A stretch of 27,702 nt of DNA from the NCBI GenBank assembly GCA_021325135.1, contig JAJPHT010000048.1, positions 1-27,702 of the forward strand, in the 5' to 3' direction. Numbering within the stretch: the stretch's first letter is position 1; the number at the start of each line of letters is the position of its first letter. The notes beneath the pieces are model-generated. The model searched no databases, was not told where the DNA came from, and saw only the letters and a program-made list of their open reading frames with translations. This document shows positions 1-8,428 of the stretch, one piece after another. The translations under genes and the position numbers were made by a program. This stretch comes from Pseudomonadota bacterium (GTDB taxonomy: Archaea; Thermoplasmatota; SW-10-69-26; JACQPN01; JAJPHT01).

Positions 1-68
1 CTTTGGTGTCCCCTAAGCCTCCCCCGAAGCGAAAGCCAAGGGGCCAAGAAGGCGAACACCTTACGGAT

Positions 69-386
69 TCAAAAGGTTGTCGGAGGCACAGACGGCTTTG
101 CGTTGCATGGCTGACATTCCGGAGGGCGTTGCGCGACGAGGAACGCCTCCAGCCCCCGCATGGGAAGCCACGGGGGCCAGAGGTAGTCGCCGCGGACGTG
201 GCGCGCGGGGAAGCGCACGACGCGGTAGCCCTCCATCGTCTCCTCGCGAGGCGCGCCCTCGACGGCGCTGGTCGCCACGGTCACGTCGTGGCCGCGGCGC
301 GCCTGCTCGCGGGCCAGCGCGCGCACGTGCGTCTCCGCGCCGCCCAGGGCGGGGTGGAAGCGCTGGACGACGTGGACGACGCGCAT
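69..386 (-). pseudogene. N-terminal fragment of a GT4-family glycosyltransferase, truncated or interrupted near nt 125
   Basis: MRVVHVVQRFHPALGGAETHVRALAREQARRGHDVTVAT is a typical GT4 N-terminus. After ...VAQRP the codon usage becomes AT-richer and the frame stops at 105 aa, far short of a full GT4. Confidence 0.7.
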
Positions 387-451
387 GCCACCGGGTCCAC
401 CAGGCGCCTGGCACATGGCCCTTGCGGCGTCCTCCCGTCAACCCGGCTTTT

Positions 452-676
452 TTACGCTCGTCCTGGAGACGGCCTGGAGTCGGCCTCCCAACTGGGGTTC
501 GCCTCGTGGAGCGCGTCCGCGATGTCCACCGGATGGCATCCGCGGCGCTCAAGCTCTGCGAAGACCTGCTTCGCGGAGAGCGGCCCGCGGGACGACCAAG
601 GGCGACTCCCCGCGTGTGGGGGAGTTACCTCGACATGATACGCGTCTGCGTCGACCCGAGCGATCTTGATGGCCAA
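452..676 (-). CDS. small hypothetical protein (74 aa)
   Basis: TTG start, protein-like composition (…ELERRGCHPVDIADALHEANPSW), fills the gap between co-oriented genes. Confidence 0.6.
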   Translation of the reverse strand: MAIKIARVDADAYHVEVTPPHAGSRPWSSRGPLSAKQVFAELERRGCHPVDIADALHEANPSWEADSRPSPGRA

Positions 677-747
677 TCCGGCATCGCCCTCCGTTGGATC
701 TCCTCAAGCTCCACTGTGCGGAATGGATTTGTCGGCTGGGAAATGCG

Positions 748-783
748 AGAAAAGGAAAGGGAGGGCCCGCGCGTGGCGGGCCC
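748..783 (-). terminator. hairpin plus pyrimidine tract downstream of 793..1227
   Basis: Stem GGGCCCGC/GCGGGCCC (763-783), followed on the minus strand by TCCCTTTCCTTTTCTC. Confidence 0.55.
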
Positions 784-792
784 GGAGGGGGT

Positions 793-1227
793 TCAGCTGA
801 GGAACTGGCCGAGGGTGCCGCTGGCGGGGCCGCTGCAGAGCTGGTCGCTCACGGTGCGGCCAGGCGTGCTGTAGGGCTCGTAGACCCAGGTCACGGGGTC
901 GACCGTCACGGGGGTGCTGCCCACGTGGACGGGGCCCTCGTTGATCGCGGGGGTGTTCTCGTTGGCGCCGGGGGTGGCGACGACGAGGACGCCGCTCACG
1001 GAGTGGAGCGTGACGGACACGTCGGCGCAGCCGGTGTACGAGTCGTAGCTCACGCACGCCGTGACGGTGCCCACGGTGCAGGGGCTGATGACGCACGAAA
1101 GGCAGATGGGGCGGCACGTCACGGGGCCGCACGGGGGCGGGATGGACGACGCGGGCAGGCTGGGCGCGGCGACCGCGAGGGGAATGCTCGCGAGAAGCAG
1201 CAGGCTGGCGATGACGAAGGTCTTCAT
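793..1227 (-). CDS. secreted Cys-rich hypothetical protein
   Basis: Signal peptide MKTFVIASLLLLASIPLAVAA and Cys cluster CGPVTCRPICLSCVISPC. Alternative TTG start at 1236. Confidence 0.75.
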   Translation of the reverse strand: MKTFVIASLLLLASIPLAVAAPSLPASSIPPPCGPVTCRPICLSCVISPCTVGTVTACVSYDSYTGCADVSVTLHSVSGVLVVATPGANENTPAINEGPVHVGSTPVTVDPVTWVYEPYSTPGRTVSDQLCSGPASGTLGQFLS

Positions 1228-1413
1228 GGTTTTCAAGCCTCAGAAGCGCAGCAGAGGGGGGCCTCCCTGCGCTCCCGGCGCCCGGAGCGACCGGCCCGGC
1301 TTCAACGCACCCGGCAGGCAACCGAGCAGGTGCAGCCATCCGTTCCAACGCCTTCGACAGGTCAGGCCCCACGCTCCGGAAGGGCCATGCCGCGGCGCCG
1401 CGTCGCGGGCGCG

Positions 1414-2421
1414 TTGATCGAGATCGACGGCGCGCGCGGCGAAGGGGGCGGCCAGGTGGCGCGCCTCGCGCTCTCCCTGGGCGCCGCGACGGGGACGCCG
1501 GTGCGCGTCGTCCGCGTGCGCGCGAACCGCGAGCAGCCGGGCCTCAAGGCCGGGCACGTCGCCGCGTTCCGCGCCCTCGCGCAGCTCTGCGACGGCACCG
1601 TGGAGGGCGCGTCGCTGGGCTCCACCGAGGTGACGCTGCGCCCCGGCGCGGTCGTGGGCGGCGAGCATCGCTTCGCCATCGAGACGGCGGGCCCTGTGAC
1701 GCTCCTCGCGCAGGCGCTCCTCCCCGCCGTCGCCGCGTCGCGGCAGCCCTTCACGCTGCATCTCGAAGGGGGCACGAACGTCGCGTGGGCGCCGCAGTGG
1801 GACGACCTCGTCCACGTGCACGCGCCGCTGCTGCGCCGCCTGGGCGTCGAGGTGGAGCCCACGCTGGTCCGGCGCGGCTTCTTCCCCAAGGGCGGCGGCG
1901 AGGTGACGCTGGACGTGGCCACGCCCGCGCTGCGGCCCGCGAGCTTCGAGGAGCCTGGCGAGGTCCGCTCGCTGCGAGCCGTCGTCGCCTCGCAGGGGCT
2001 CCCCGCGCACGTGGTCGACCGCGCGAAGGGCGCCCTCGCCGACGCGTTCCCCGCCATGCAGACCGAGGTGGATGCGCACCGCGGCCCCGGCGCGGGCTTC
2101 GCCGTCGCGCTGCGCGCCGAATGCCAGCACACGGTCCTGGGCGCCGACGCGGTGGGCCGCAAGGGCACGCGCGTGGAGGACGTCATCCTGGGCGCGGCCG
2201 CGGCCCTGCGCGCCGAGATCGCCAGCGGCGCCGGCGTGGACGTCCACCAGGCCGACCAGCTCCCCGTCTTCTTCGCCTTGGCGGGCGGCGGCTCGTACAC
2301 CGCGAGGATGATATCACCCCACGCGCGCACGGTGCTGGACCTGCTGCCGGAGTTCCTTCCGGTGGCGTGCGAGGCCGAGGCGCAGCCCCGGCGGACGCGC
2401 GTGCGCATCACGCGGCGGTGA
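1414..2421 (+). CDS. rtcA: RNA 3'-terminal phosphate cyclase
   Basis: IDGARGEGGGQ, RANREQPGL, RRGFFPKGGG and catalytic-His motif VDVHQADQL. Start is TTG 1414 or ATG 1387. Confidence 0.95.
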   Translation: MIEIDGARGEGGGQVARLALSLGAATGTPVRVVRVRANREQPGLKAGHVAAFRALAQLCDGTVEGASLGSTEVTLRPGAVVGGEHRFAIETAGPVTLLAQALLPAVAASRQPFTLHLEGGTNVAWAPQWDDLVHVHAPLLRRLGVEVEPTLVRRGFFPKGGGEVTLDVATPALRPASFEEPGEVRSLRAVVASQGLPAHVVDRAKGALADAFPAMQTEVDAHRGPGAGFAVALRAECQHTVLGADAVGRKGTRVEDVILGAAAALRAEIASGAGVDVHQADQLPVFFALAGGGSYTARMISPHARTVLDLLPEFLPVACEAEAQPRRTRVRITRR

Positions 2422-2436
2422 CGCGCCGCCTGGCGC

Positions 2437-3384
2437 TCATCCCCGGCCAAGCTCCACGATGCGCGCCCCCGCCTCGTCCACAGGCACGAGAATCGTCTCC
2501 CCGAAGGGCGCCAGCGCGCGCTCCAGCGCCCGCGCGTTGCCGAACGCGAAGAGCGAGTTGCCCAGCATGCTCATGCTCGCGCGCCCGTGGGGGCTGGCCG
2601 CGCGCATCGCCGCCTCCAGCGCGCCGGTGAGAAGGCCGCTCTCGCGGGCGAAGGCCTGCGACTGCTCCAGGAACGCGTCCATGGTGGGCCCCTTCAGCAG
2701 CGTCGCGAGGGCGCGGCCGCCCGCCTCGTTCACGGCCTTGCGCCGCGCGGGGTCGGAGAGGACGGAGCGCGTCTCCAGCTTGCCGCCCACGACGCAGAGC
2801 ACGCAGTCGCCCTGCCCCAGGAAGCGCGTCGTCGCGCCGAAGGGGGGAAGGCCCGGCGCGGTGCGGATCTCGAAGCCGCCCACCGAGGCGCCGATGACGT
2901 CGCCCAGGCCGCCGCGCAGCAGCACGTCCGCGCCGTGGGCCGCGCGCAGCGCCTCGCTGCGGCCCATGCGGAGGCACTTCGCCAGCGCCAGCGAGGCGGA
3001 GAGCGCGCCCGCGGCGCTCATGCCGAAGCCCTGGCTCACGGGAAGCTGGAGCGTCGTGTCCACGCGCACGCGCACGCGCGCCCGGCGCCCCTGAGGCGCC
3101 TCCTTGTTGAGGGGGATCCTCCCGTCGCGGACGGCCTGCCTCAGGAGCGAGGTCACGGCCTCGCGCGAGACGGGCGCCTCCTCCGGGCTGCCGTCGAGGC
3201 GGATGGCGATCTCCATCTGGTCCGCGGGCTCGACCTCCACCAGGGAGACGGCGCCGCGCGCCAGGGAGAAGCCCGCGCCGCGGCTGCCGCGCCGGTCGAG
3301 GTCGGGCGAGTCGTCGTGGATCTCGAAGAGCCCCGTGACGTGGCCGGGGCTGAACGCGGCGGCCTTGGCCCGCTCCACGCTCAT
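2437..3384 (-). CDS. pok: archaeal pantoate kinase (GHMP family)
   Basis: FSPGHVTGLF, GSRGAG, GHMP motif LPVSQGFGMSAAGAL, GLGDV. ATGA overlap with the coaBC stop. Confidence 0.9.
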   Translation of the reverse strand: MSVERAKAAAFSPGHVTGLFEIHDDSPDLDRRGSRGAGFSLARGAVSLVEVEPADQMEIAIRLDGSPEEAPVSREAVTSLLRQAVRDGRIPLNKEAPQGRRARVRVRVDTTLQLPVSQGFGMSAAGALSASLALAKCLRMGRSEALRAAHGADVLLRGGLGDVIGASVGGFEIRTAPGLPPFGATTRFLGQGDCVLCVVGGKLETRSVLSDPARRKAVNEAGGRALATLLKGPTMDAFLEQSQAFARESGLLTGALEAAMRAASPHGRASMSMLGNSLFAFGNARALERALAPFGETILVPVDEAGARIVELGRG

Positions 3385-4592
3385 CCGCGAAGCTCCTCCG
3401 CGAGGCGCGCGAGGACGGCCTGCGCCAGCGCCTCGGCGTCGCCCTCCACGGGCGTCGCGCCGCGCCCGTCCACGAGCAGCGTGCGCGTGCGCCCGGCGCG
3501 CACGTCCTCCAGGAGGTTCGCGACCACGAGCGCGCAGCCGTTGGCCTTGCCCGACGCGCGGGCGCGCTCCACGAGCTGCGCCTCGGCGATTTCGCTCTCG
3601 GCCTTGAACGAGACGAGGACGCCCTCGAACGCCTTCCGCAGCGCGGGGAGCGCCTTGGGCGCGCTCTTGAGGTGCAGCGTGGGGGGCGCGCCGCTGGGGA
3701 GCTTGCCCTGCGCGGGCTCCGCCGCGAAGTCGGAGAGCGCGGCGGGGACGAGCACGGCGTCGAAGCCGCGCGCCTCGGGCGCCATGGCGATGAGGTCCTC
3801 CACGGTGGAGAAGCGGCGCGTGGGCACCGCGGGAAGCTCGGCCTCTCCGTGGGCGAACCAGTGCTCGACGTCCGCGCCCAGGCGCCACGCCTCGCGGGCG
3901 AGCGCCGCGCCGGTGCGCCCCGTGCTGCGGTTCGAGAGCACGCGCATGGCGTCCAGCGGCTCCTGCGTCGCGCCGTTGACGACCAGCACGCGGCGGCCCG
4001 CCAGCGTGCGCGGCCCCAGGAGGCGCAGCACGTGCTCCACGATGTCAAGCGGCTCGGCGAGCTTGGCCTTGCCCTCCTCCATCTTCGGCTCGACGAAGGA
4101 GACGCCCAGCCCGCGCAGCGTCTCCACGTGCTGCTGGAGCATGGGGCTCTCGTACATCGTCTCGTGCATCGCCAGCGCGACGAGGGTGGGCGTGGTCGTG
4201 AGCCCCGTGGCGGCGAATGTGGTGACGGGCGAGTCGTCGATGCCGAGGGCCATCTTCGCCAGCGTGTTGCCCGTGCAGGGCGCGACCAGGAAGAGGTCCG
4301 CCTTGGCGTCGTGCCGGCCCAGCAGGGCGACGTGCTCGACGCCGCCCGTGATCTCGGTCACGGGCCTCACGCCGCAGGCGAACTCCAGCGCGTAGGGGTG
4401 GATGATCTTCTGCGCGTCCTTGGACATGACCGGCACGACGCGCGCGCCGTGGCGGATCAGCTCCCGCGCCAGCTCCACCGTGCGCACCGCGCTGATGCTG
4501 CCGGTGACCGCGAGGACGACGGTCTTCCCCGCGAGGCGCTGCGAGCGCGCGCCCGCGATGCGCTCGGCGGGCTTCCGGCCCAGGTCGCTCAT
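3381..4592 (-). CDS. coaBC: bifunctional phosphopantothenoylcysteine decarboxylase / phosphopantothenate-cysteine ligase
   Basis: VTGSISAV, APCTGNTLAKMALGIDD, AMHETMY, GATQEPLDAMRVLSNRSTGRTG, FKAE, VVAN. Confidence 0.95.
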   Translation of the reverse strand: MSDLGRKPAERIAGARSQRLAGKTVVLAVTGSISAVRTVELARELIRHGARVVPVMSKDAQKIIHPYALEFACGVRPVTEITGGVEHVALLGRHDAKADLFLVAPCTGNTLAKMALGIDDSPVTTFAATGLTTTPTLVALAMHETMYESPMLQQHVETLRGLGVSFVEPKMEEGKAKLAEPLDIVEHVLRLLGPRTLAGRRVLVVNGATQEPLDAMRVLSNRSTGRTGAALAREAWRLGADVEHWFAHGEAELPAVPTRRFSTVEDLIAMAPEARGFDAVLVPAALSDFAAEPAQGKLPSGAPPTLHLKSAPKALPALRKAFEGVLVSFKAESEIAEAQLVERARASGKANGCALVVANLLEDVRAGRTRTLLVDGRGATPVEGDAEALAQAVLARLAEELRG

Positions 4593-4637
4593 CGCGTCTG
4601 ATCCGGGAGGTGATAGAAATAGGGTGGGGACTTCGGC

Positions 4638-5555
4638 TTAAGCCGCCGCGGACCCGCCCGCGTCCTGGGCTTCCATCTCGGCGATCTCGCGCTCAATGCG
4701 CTCCAGGTCCGCCTGGCGCTTGGAGAGCATGGTGTCGTACTGGAGCTTGGAGAGCCCGCCGGCCTCGTGGCGCTTGCGCAGGAGGTCCATGGTCTTGAGC
4801 ACGTCCGCGCGCTTGGCCTCCAGGATCTGGAGCTCGCGGCGCTTCTCGCGCACCTGCTCCTGCTGGCGGATCTCGGCCTTGATCTGCTGGGCCTGCTCGG
4901 GGTCCTTCTCCTCGACCTTCTCCAGCTGCCTCTCCAGCTCCATCTCGCGCATGACCTGGCTGCGCTTGGGGCCCTCGTTCATGCGGCGGCGGACGCTGCG
5001 CTGGCGCGCGCCGTAGGCGAGCACGCCCGCGAGGACCAGCACGGCGAGGCCGCCCCCGACGTACCACGCGGTGGGGACTGCGGGCGCGGGGGCGGGGACG
5101 ACGGCCGTTCCTTCCACCGAGAAGGAGCCCGTGGCCGTGGCCTGGCCCAGGAGCGTGCCGTTGGCGTCCAGCAGGCGGACGTCGAGCGCGTAGGTGGCGT
5201 TGCCCGCGGCGGTGGGCGCCGCGAAGTTGGCCGATCGATAGCTCCACGAGTCGTTGCCCGCGGCCTGGATGGTCAGCGTCGCGTTGTCGAAGGTCACGTT
5301 GGACGAGGTGAGGTTGACGAGGACCGTCTCGTTCGCGGAGAGGCCTTGGACGCCCACCCAGACGGTGCCGGGCTCGCCGGCCTTGAGCGTCGCGTTGAGC
5401 GTGGCCGCGTCGGGGCCCGTGAAGTACGTGACGTTGACGGCGACGGGCGAGGTGGCGACGGTCGCGGCGCCGGCGGGCGGCGTCGTCGCGTCGGCGGCCA
5501 ACGCCAAGGGGGCGAGCGCGAGGACGAGGGCGGCGAGCAGCGCGGCGCGGAGCAT
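4638..5555 (-). CDS. single-pass membrane protein with extracellular beta-rich domain and cytoplasmic coiled coil
   Basis: Signal peptide MLRAALLAALVLALAPLALA, several N-x-T/S sequons, TM WYVGGGLAVLVLAGVLAYG, E/K/R/Q-rich tail. Confidence 0.8.
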   Translation of the reverse strand: MLRAALLAALVLALAPLALAADATTPPAGAATVATSPVAVNVTYFTGPDAATLNATLKAGEPGTVWVGVQGLSANETVLVNLTSSNVTFDNATLTIQAAGNDSWSYRSANFAAPTAAGNATYALDVRLLDANGTLLGQATATGSFSVEGTAVVPAPAPAVPTAWYVGGGLAVLVLAGVLAYGARQRSVRRRMNEGPKRSQVMREMELERQLEKVEEKDPEQAQQIKAEIRQQEQVREKRRELQILEAKRADVLKTMDLLRKRHEAGGLSKLQYDTMLSKRQADLERIEREIAEMEAQDAGGSAAA

Positions 5556-5665
5556 GGCGGAACGGGGCGCGCCAACCGGTGGGCGGCCCTTCAATCCTTG
5601 GGTGGGCTCGCCGCATCGGCGCCAACAGGCATTTATCACCCTGGCCGGATCGCGGGCCGATCCCG

Positions 5666-5896
5666 ATGAAGGTCTTCCGCGTCTCCGGCAAGTTCCGTAT
5701 GGGCCATGCCCTCTCCCCCTTCACCATGGAGGCCATCGGCGCCGACGAGAAGGGCGCCCGCGACCGCGTCCTCGCCACCCTGGGCAGCCGCCACCGCGCG
5801 AACCGCCACCAGGTCTGGATCGAGAAGGCGGCCGAGATCAAGCCCGACCAGATCACGGACCCCGCCGTCGAGAAGCAGCTCTCGCTGGTGAAGTGA
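5666..5896 (+). CDS. rpl18a: 50S ribosomal protein L18Ae (LX/eL20)
   Basis: MKVFRVSGKF…LGSRHR…IEKAAEI. Conserved archaeal gene order rpl18a-pfdA-ftsY. TTTATC box at about 5632. Confidence 0.9.
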   Translation: MKVFRVSGKFRMGHALSPFTMEAIGADEKGARDRVLATLGSRHRANRHQVWIEKAAEIKPDQITDPAVEKQLSLVK

Positions 5897-5897
5897 C

Positions 5898-6341
5898 GTG
5901 GCCGAGCGTCCCGCGGCCCAGGCTCCCAAGGGCCCCTCCGAGCAGGAGCTTCGCGAGCTGGCGCTCCGGGGCGAGTCGCTCCGCCAGCAGCTCTCCGCCC
6001 TCGACGCGCAGCGCGAGTACGTGGGCGAGGTGCTCATGGAGACGCGCCGCTCCCTCCTCACGCTGGAGAACCTGGAGAAGACGCGCCAGGGCGACGAGAT
6101 CCTCGTCCCCCTGGGCGCGGGCGCCTTCGTCCACGCCGCCCTCGCGGACCCCACGCGCGCGCTGGCGAGCCTGGGTTCGGGCGTGCACGCGGAGCTTCCC
6201 ACCGCGGAGGCCGCGTCTCGCCTGCGCAGCCGCGCCGAGAGCCTGGAGAAGACCGCTGACGCCCTCGCGCGCGACGCCTCCAGCGTCGCCGACGAGCTGG
6301 CGCGCATCAACGCCATCGTGGAGCAATTCTACGGCGGGTGA
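5898..6341 (+). CDS. pfdA: prefoldin subunit alpha
   Basis: Coiled coils flanking EILVPLGAGAFVHA…LGSGVHAE, plus gene context. Confidence 0.92.
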   Translation: MAERPAAQAPKGPSEQELRELALRGESLRQQLSALDAQREYVGEVLMETRRSLLTLENLEKTRQGDEILVPLGAGAFVHAALADPTRALASLGSGVHAELPTAEAASRLRSRAESLEKTADALARDASSVADELARINAIVEQFYGG

Positions 6342-6347
6342 GCCCCC

Positions 6348-7748
6348 GTGGGCATGTTCGACAACCTGAAGAAAGCGATCAAGAGCTTCACCGGCAAGGT
6401 CGCGGAGGAGACCGAGCTGAAGGACGCGCCGCCGGCGCCCCCTGCGCCCAAGGCCACGTTCCAGGTGGTGGAGTCGAAGCCCGCCGCGCCGAAGCCCGGC
6501 CCCGCGAAGAAGACCTCCGTGGACGACGAGATCGACGACGAGATCGCCGCGCTGGAGGCCGAGATCGAGGCGGAGCTCCAGGCCGAGAAGGCGAAGGCCG
6601 CGCCGCCGCCCGCGCCCCCGAAGGCCCAGCCTCCTCCTCCCCCCGCTCCCAAGCCAGTCCCCCCCGTCGCGCCGCCGCCCGTCGCGAAGCCGACGCCCCC
6701 TCCGCCTGCGCCCAAGCCGACCCCGCCCCCTGCGCCCGCCGCGCAGATGGCGAAGCCCGTCGTGCAGGCGCCGCCTCCGCCGCCCAAGCCGGTCGAGGCC
6801 CCCAAGCCCGCCCCCGCGCCGCGCGCGCCCGAGCCCAAGCCGGCGCCAGCGCCGACGCCCGCGCCCGCCGCGCCCCCCGCCAAGCCGGCAGGGAAGGCCA
6901 TCCAGCTTGACAAGATCGACGACCTCCTCTGGGACCTGGAGCTATCGCTCCTGGAGGCCGACGTCGCCATGACCGTCGTCGAGGAGATCAAGGAGACGCT
7001 CAAGGCGAAGCTCGCCGACGTGCGCGTGGGCGGCCCCGACGAGGTGCCCGCCGCCGTGGAGGGCGCGCTGCGCCAGTCGCTCCTGGAGACGCTCCAGGTC
7101 GACCCCCTGGACTTCGACACCTGGGTCCTGGAGAAGACGCTGGCCAAGAAGCCCGTCGTCATCATGTTCGTGGGCGTGAACGGCACCGGCAAGACCACCA
7201 GCATCGGCCGCATCGCGCACCGCCTCAAGGAGAACGGCTACACCTCGGTCATGGCCGCGGGCGACACGTTCCGCGCCGGCGCCATCCAGCAGCTGGAGAG
7301 GCACGCCGAGAAGGTCGGCGTCACGCTCATCAAGACCAGCGCCGGGGGCGACCCCGCCGCCGTGGCCTTCGACGCCATCGAGCACGCCAAGGGCCGCATG
7401 AAGGACGTGGTGCTCCTGGACACCGCGGGCCGCATGCAGACCAACACCAACCTCATGGACGAGATGAAGAAGATCAAGCGCGTCGCCAAGCCCGACCTCA
7501 TCGTCTTCGTGGGCGACTCGCTGGCGGGCAACGACGCCGTCGAGCAGGCCACGCAGTTCGACAAGGCCGTGGGCCTCGACGCCATCATCCTCACCAAGGT
7601 CGACACCGACGCCAAGGGGGGCGCCGCGCTCTCCATCGCCAAGGCCGTCGGCAAGCCCATCCTCTTCCTGGGCGTCGGGCAGGAGTACGGGGACATCGTG
7701 CCCTACGACCCCGAGTGGATGGTCAACCGCATCTTCGAGGCGGCGTAG
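6348..7748 (+). CDS. ftsY: SRP receptor FtsY with a long Pro/Ala/Lys-rich N-terminal linker
   Basis: GVNGTGKTT, DTFRAGAIQQL, DTAGR, TKVDTDAKGG, GVGQEYGD. Confidence 0.97.
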   Translation: MGMFDNLKKAIKSFTGKVAEETELKDAPPAPPAPKATFQVVESKPAAPKPGPAKKTSVDDEIDDEIAALEAEIEAELQAEKAKAAPPPAPPKAQPPPPPAPKPVPPVAPPPVAKPTPPPPAPKPTPPPAPAAQMAKPVVQAPPPPPKPVEAPKPAPAPRAPEPKPAPAPTPAPAAPPAKPAGKAIQLDKIDDLLWDLELSLLEADVAMTVVEEIKETLKAKLADVRVGGPDEVPAAVEGALRQSLLETLQVDPLDFDTWVLEKTLAKKPVVIMFVGVNGTGKTTSIGRIAHRLKENGYTSVMAAGDTFRAGAIQQLERHAEKVGVTLIKTSAGGDPAAVAFDAIEHAKGRMKDVVLLDTAGRMQTNTNLMDEMKKIKRVAKPDLIVFVGDSLAGNDAVEQATQFDKAVGLDAIILTKVDTDAKGGAALSIAKAVGKPILFLGVGQEYGDIVPYDPEWMVNRIFEAA

Positions 7749-7820
7749 CGCCGGTCATCCCTCGAAGGGATCGAGCGTCCGGCCACGAGGGCCATGAGCC
7801 AGGCGAGGGGAGGCTCGCCC

Positions 7821-8387
7821 ATGCGACCTTCCACGCTTCCGGCCGCCCTGATTGCCCTCGCCGCGGTCCTCGCGGGGTGCGCGACGACGAACACGCAGCA
7901 GTCCACCGGCAGCGGCGCCGGCAACGAGCGCTCCCTCGCCGTGGACGTCCCCTCGGGGGCCACGCAGCTTCGCGTCGACACCAGCGCGACGGCGCAGGCC
8001 GGCACGCCCGACGTCACCGTCCTCGTCAAGGACGAGTCCGGGAACATCCTGGGCACGCACACGTGGGCCCTCAAGGACCGCAGCGCCGACACGCTCACCG
8101 TCGACCTCACCGGGCAGGCGCGCCTCCTTGTGATCGCGAAGGTCATCGACGGCGACGCCTCGCTGGACGTGAACGTGACCGCCCTCGTGCCCGGCCAGCC
8201 CGAGGTCGTTGTGATCCACCAGACCCTCGTCATCACCCAGACGACCACCACCACGACGACGCCCAGCTCGCCCACGCCGACGACGTCGACGCCGGCCCCG
8301 ACCCCCACGACGACCACGCCCACCCCCGCGCCGACGCCCGCGACCAACGGCACCAACAACACCACGACCAACGCGACGGCGCCCTGA
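7821..8387 (+). CDS. putative lipoprotein with Thr/Pro-rich tail
   Basis: Lipobox LAGC, beta-rich domain, poly-Thr/PT tail, GGAGG upstream. Confidence 0.8.
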   Translation: MRPSTLPAALIALAAVLAGCATTNTQQSTGSGAGNERSLAVDVPSGATQLRVDTSATAQAGTPDVTVLVKDESGNILGTHTWALKDRSADTLTVDLTGQARLLVIAKVIDGDASLDVNVTALVPGQPEVVVIHQTLVITQTTTTTTTPSSPTPTTSTPAPTPTTTTPTPAPTPATNGTNNTTTNATAP

Positions 8388-8428
8388 GCCCCGCCAATCT
8401 GCGCGGGGTTCAAGCCCTCCCGTGGCCA

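Noticed and set aside
1-120. tRNA or group II intron end
   Set aside because: No cloverleaf or T-loop and no GTGCG 5' boundary at the junction
1296-1330. Fourth operator upstream of the Cys-rich gene 793..1227 (minus strand GCCTGC-N8-TTGAAG)
   Set aside because: Only a half-site, with no palindrome and different spacing
8236-8385. ACC/ACG/CCG-rich tandem-like DNA
   Set aside because: Explained by the encoded Thr/Pro-rich tail
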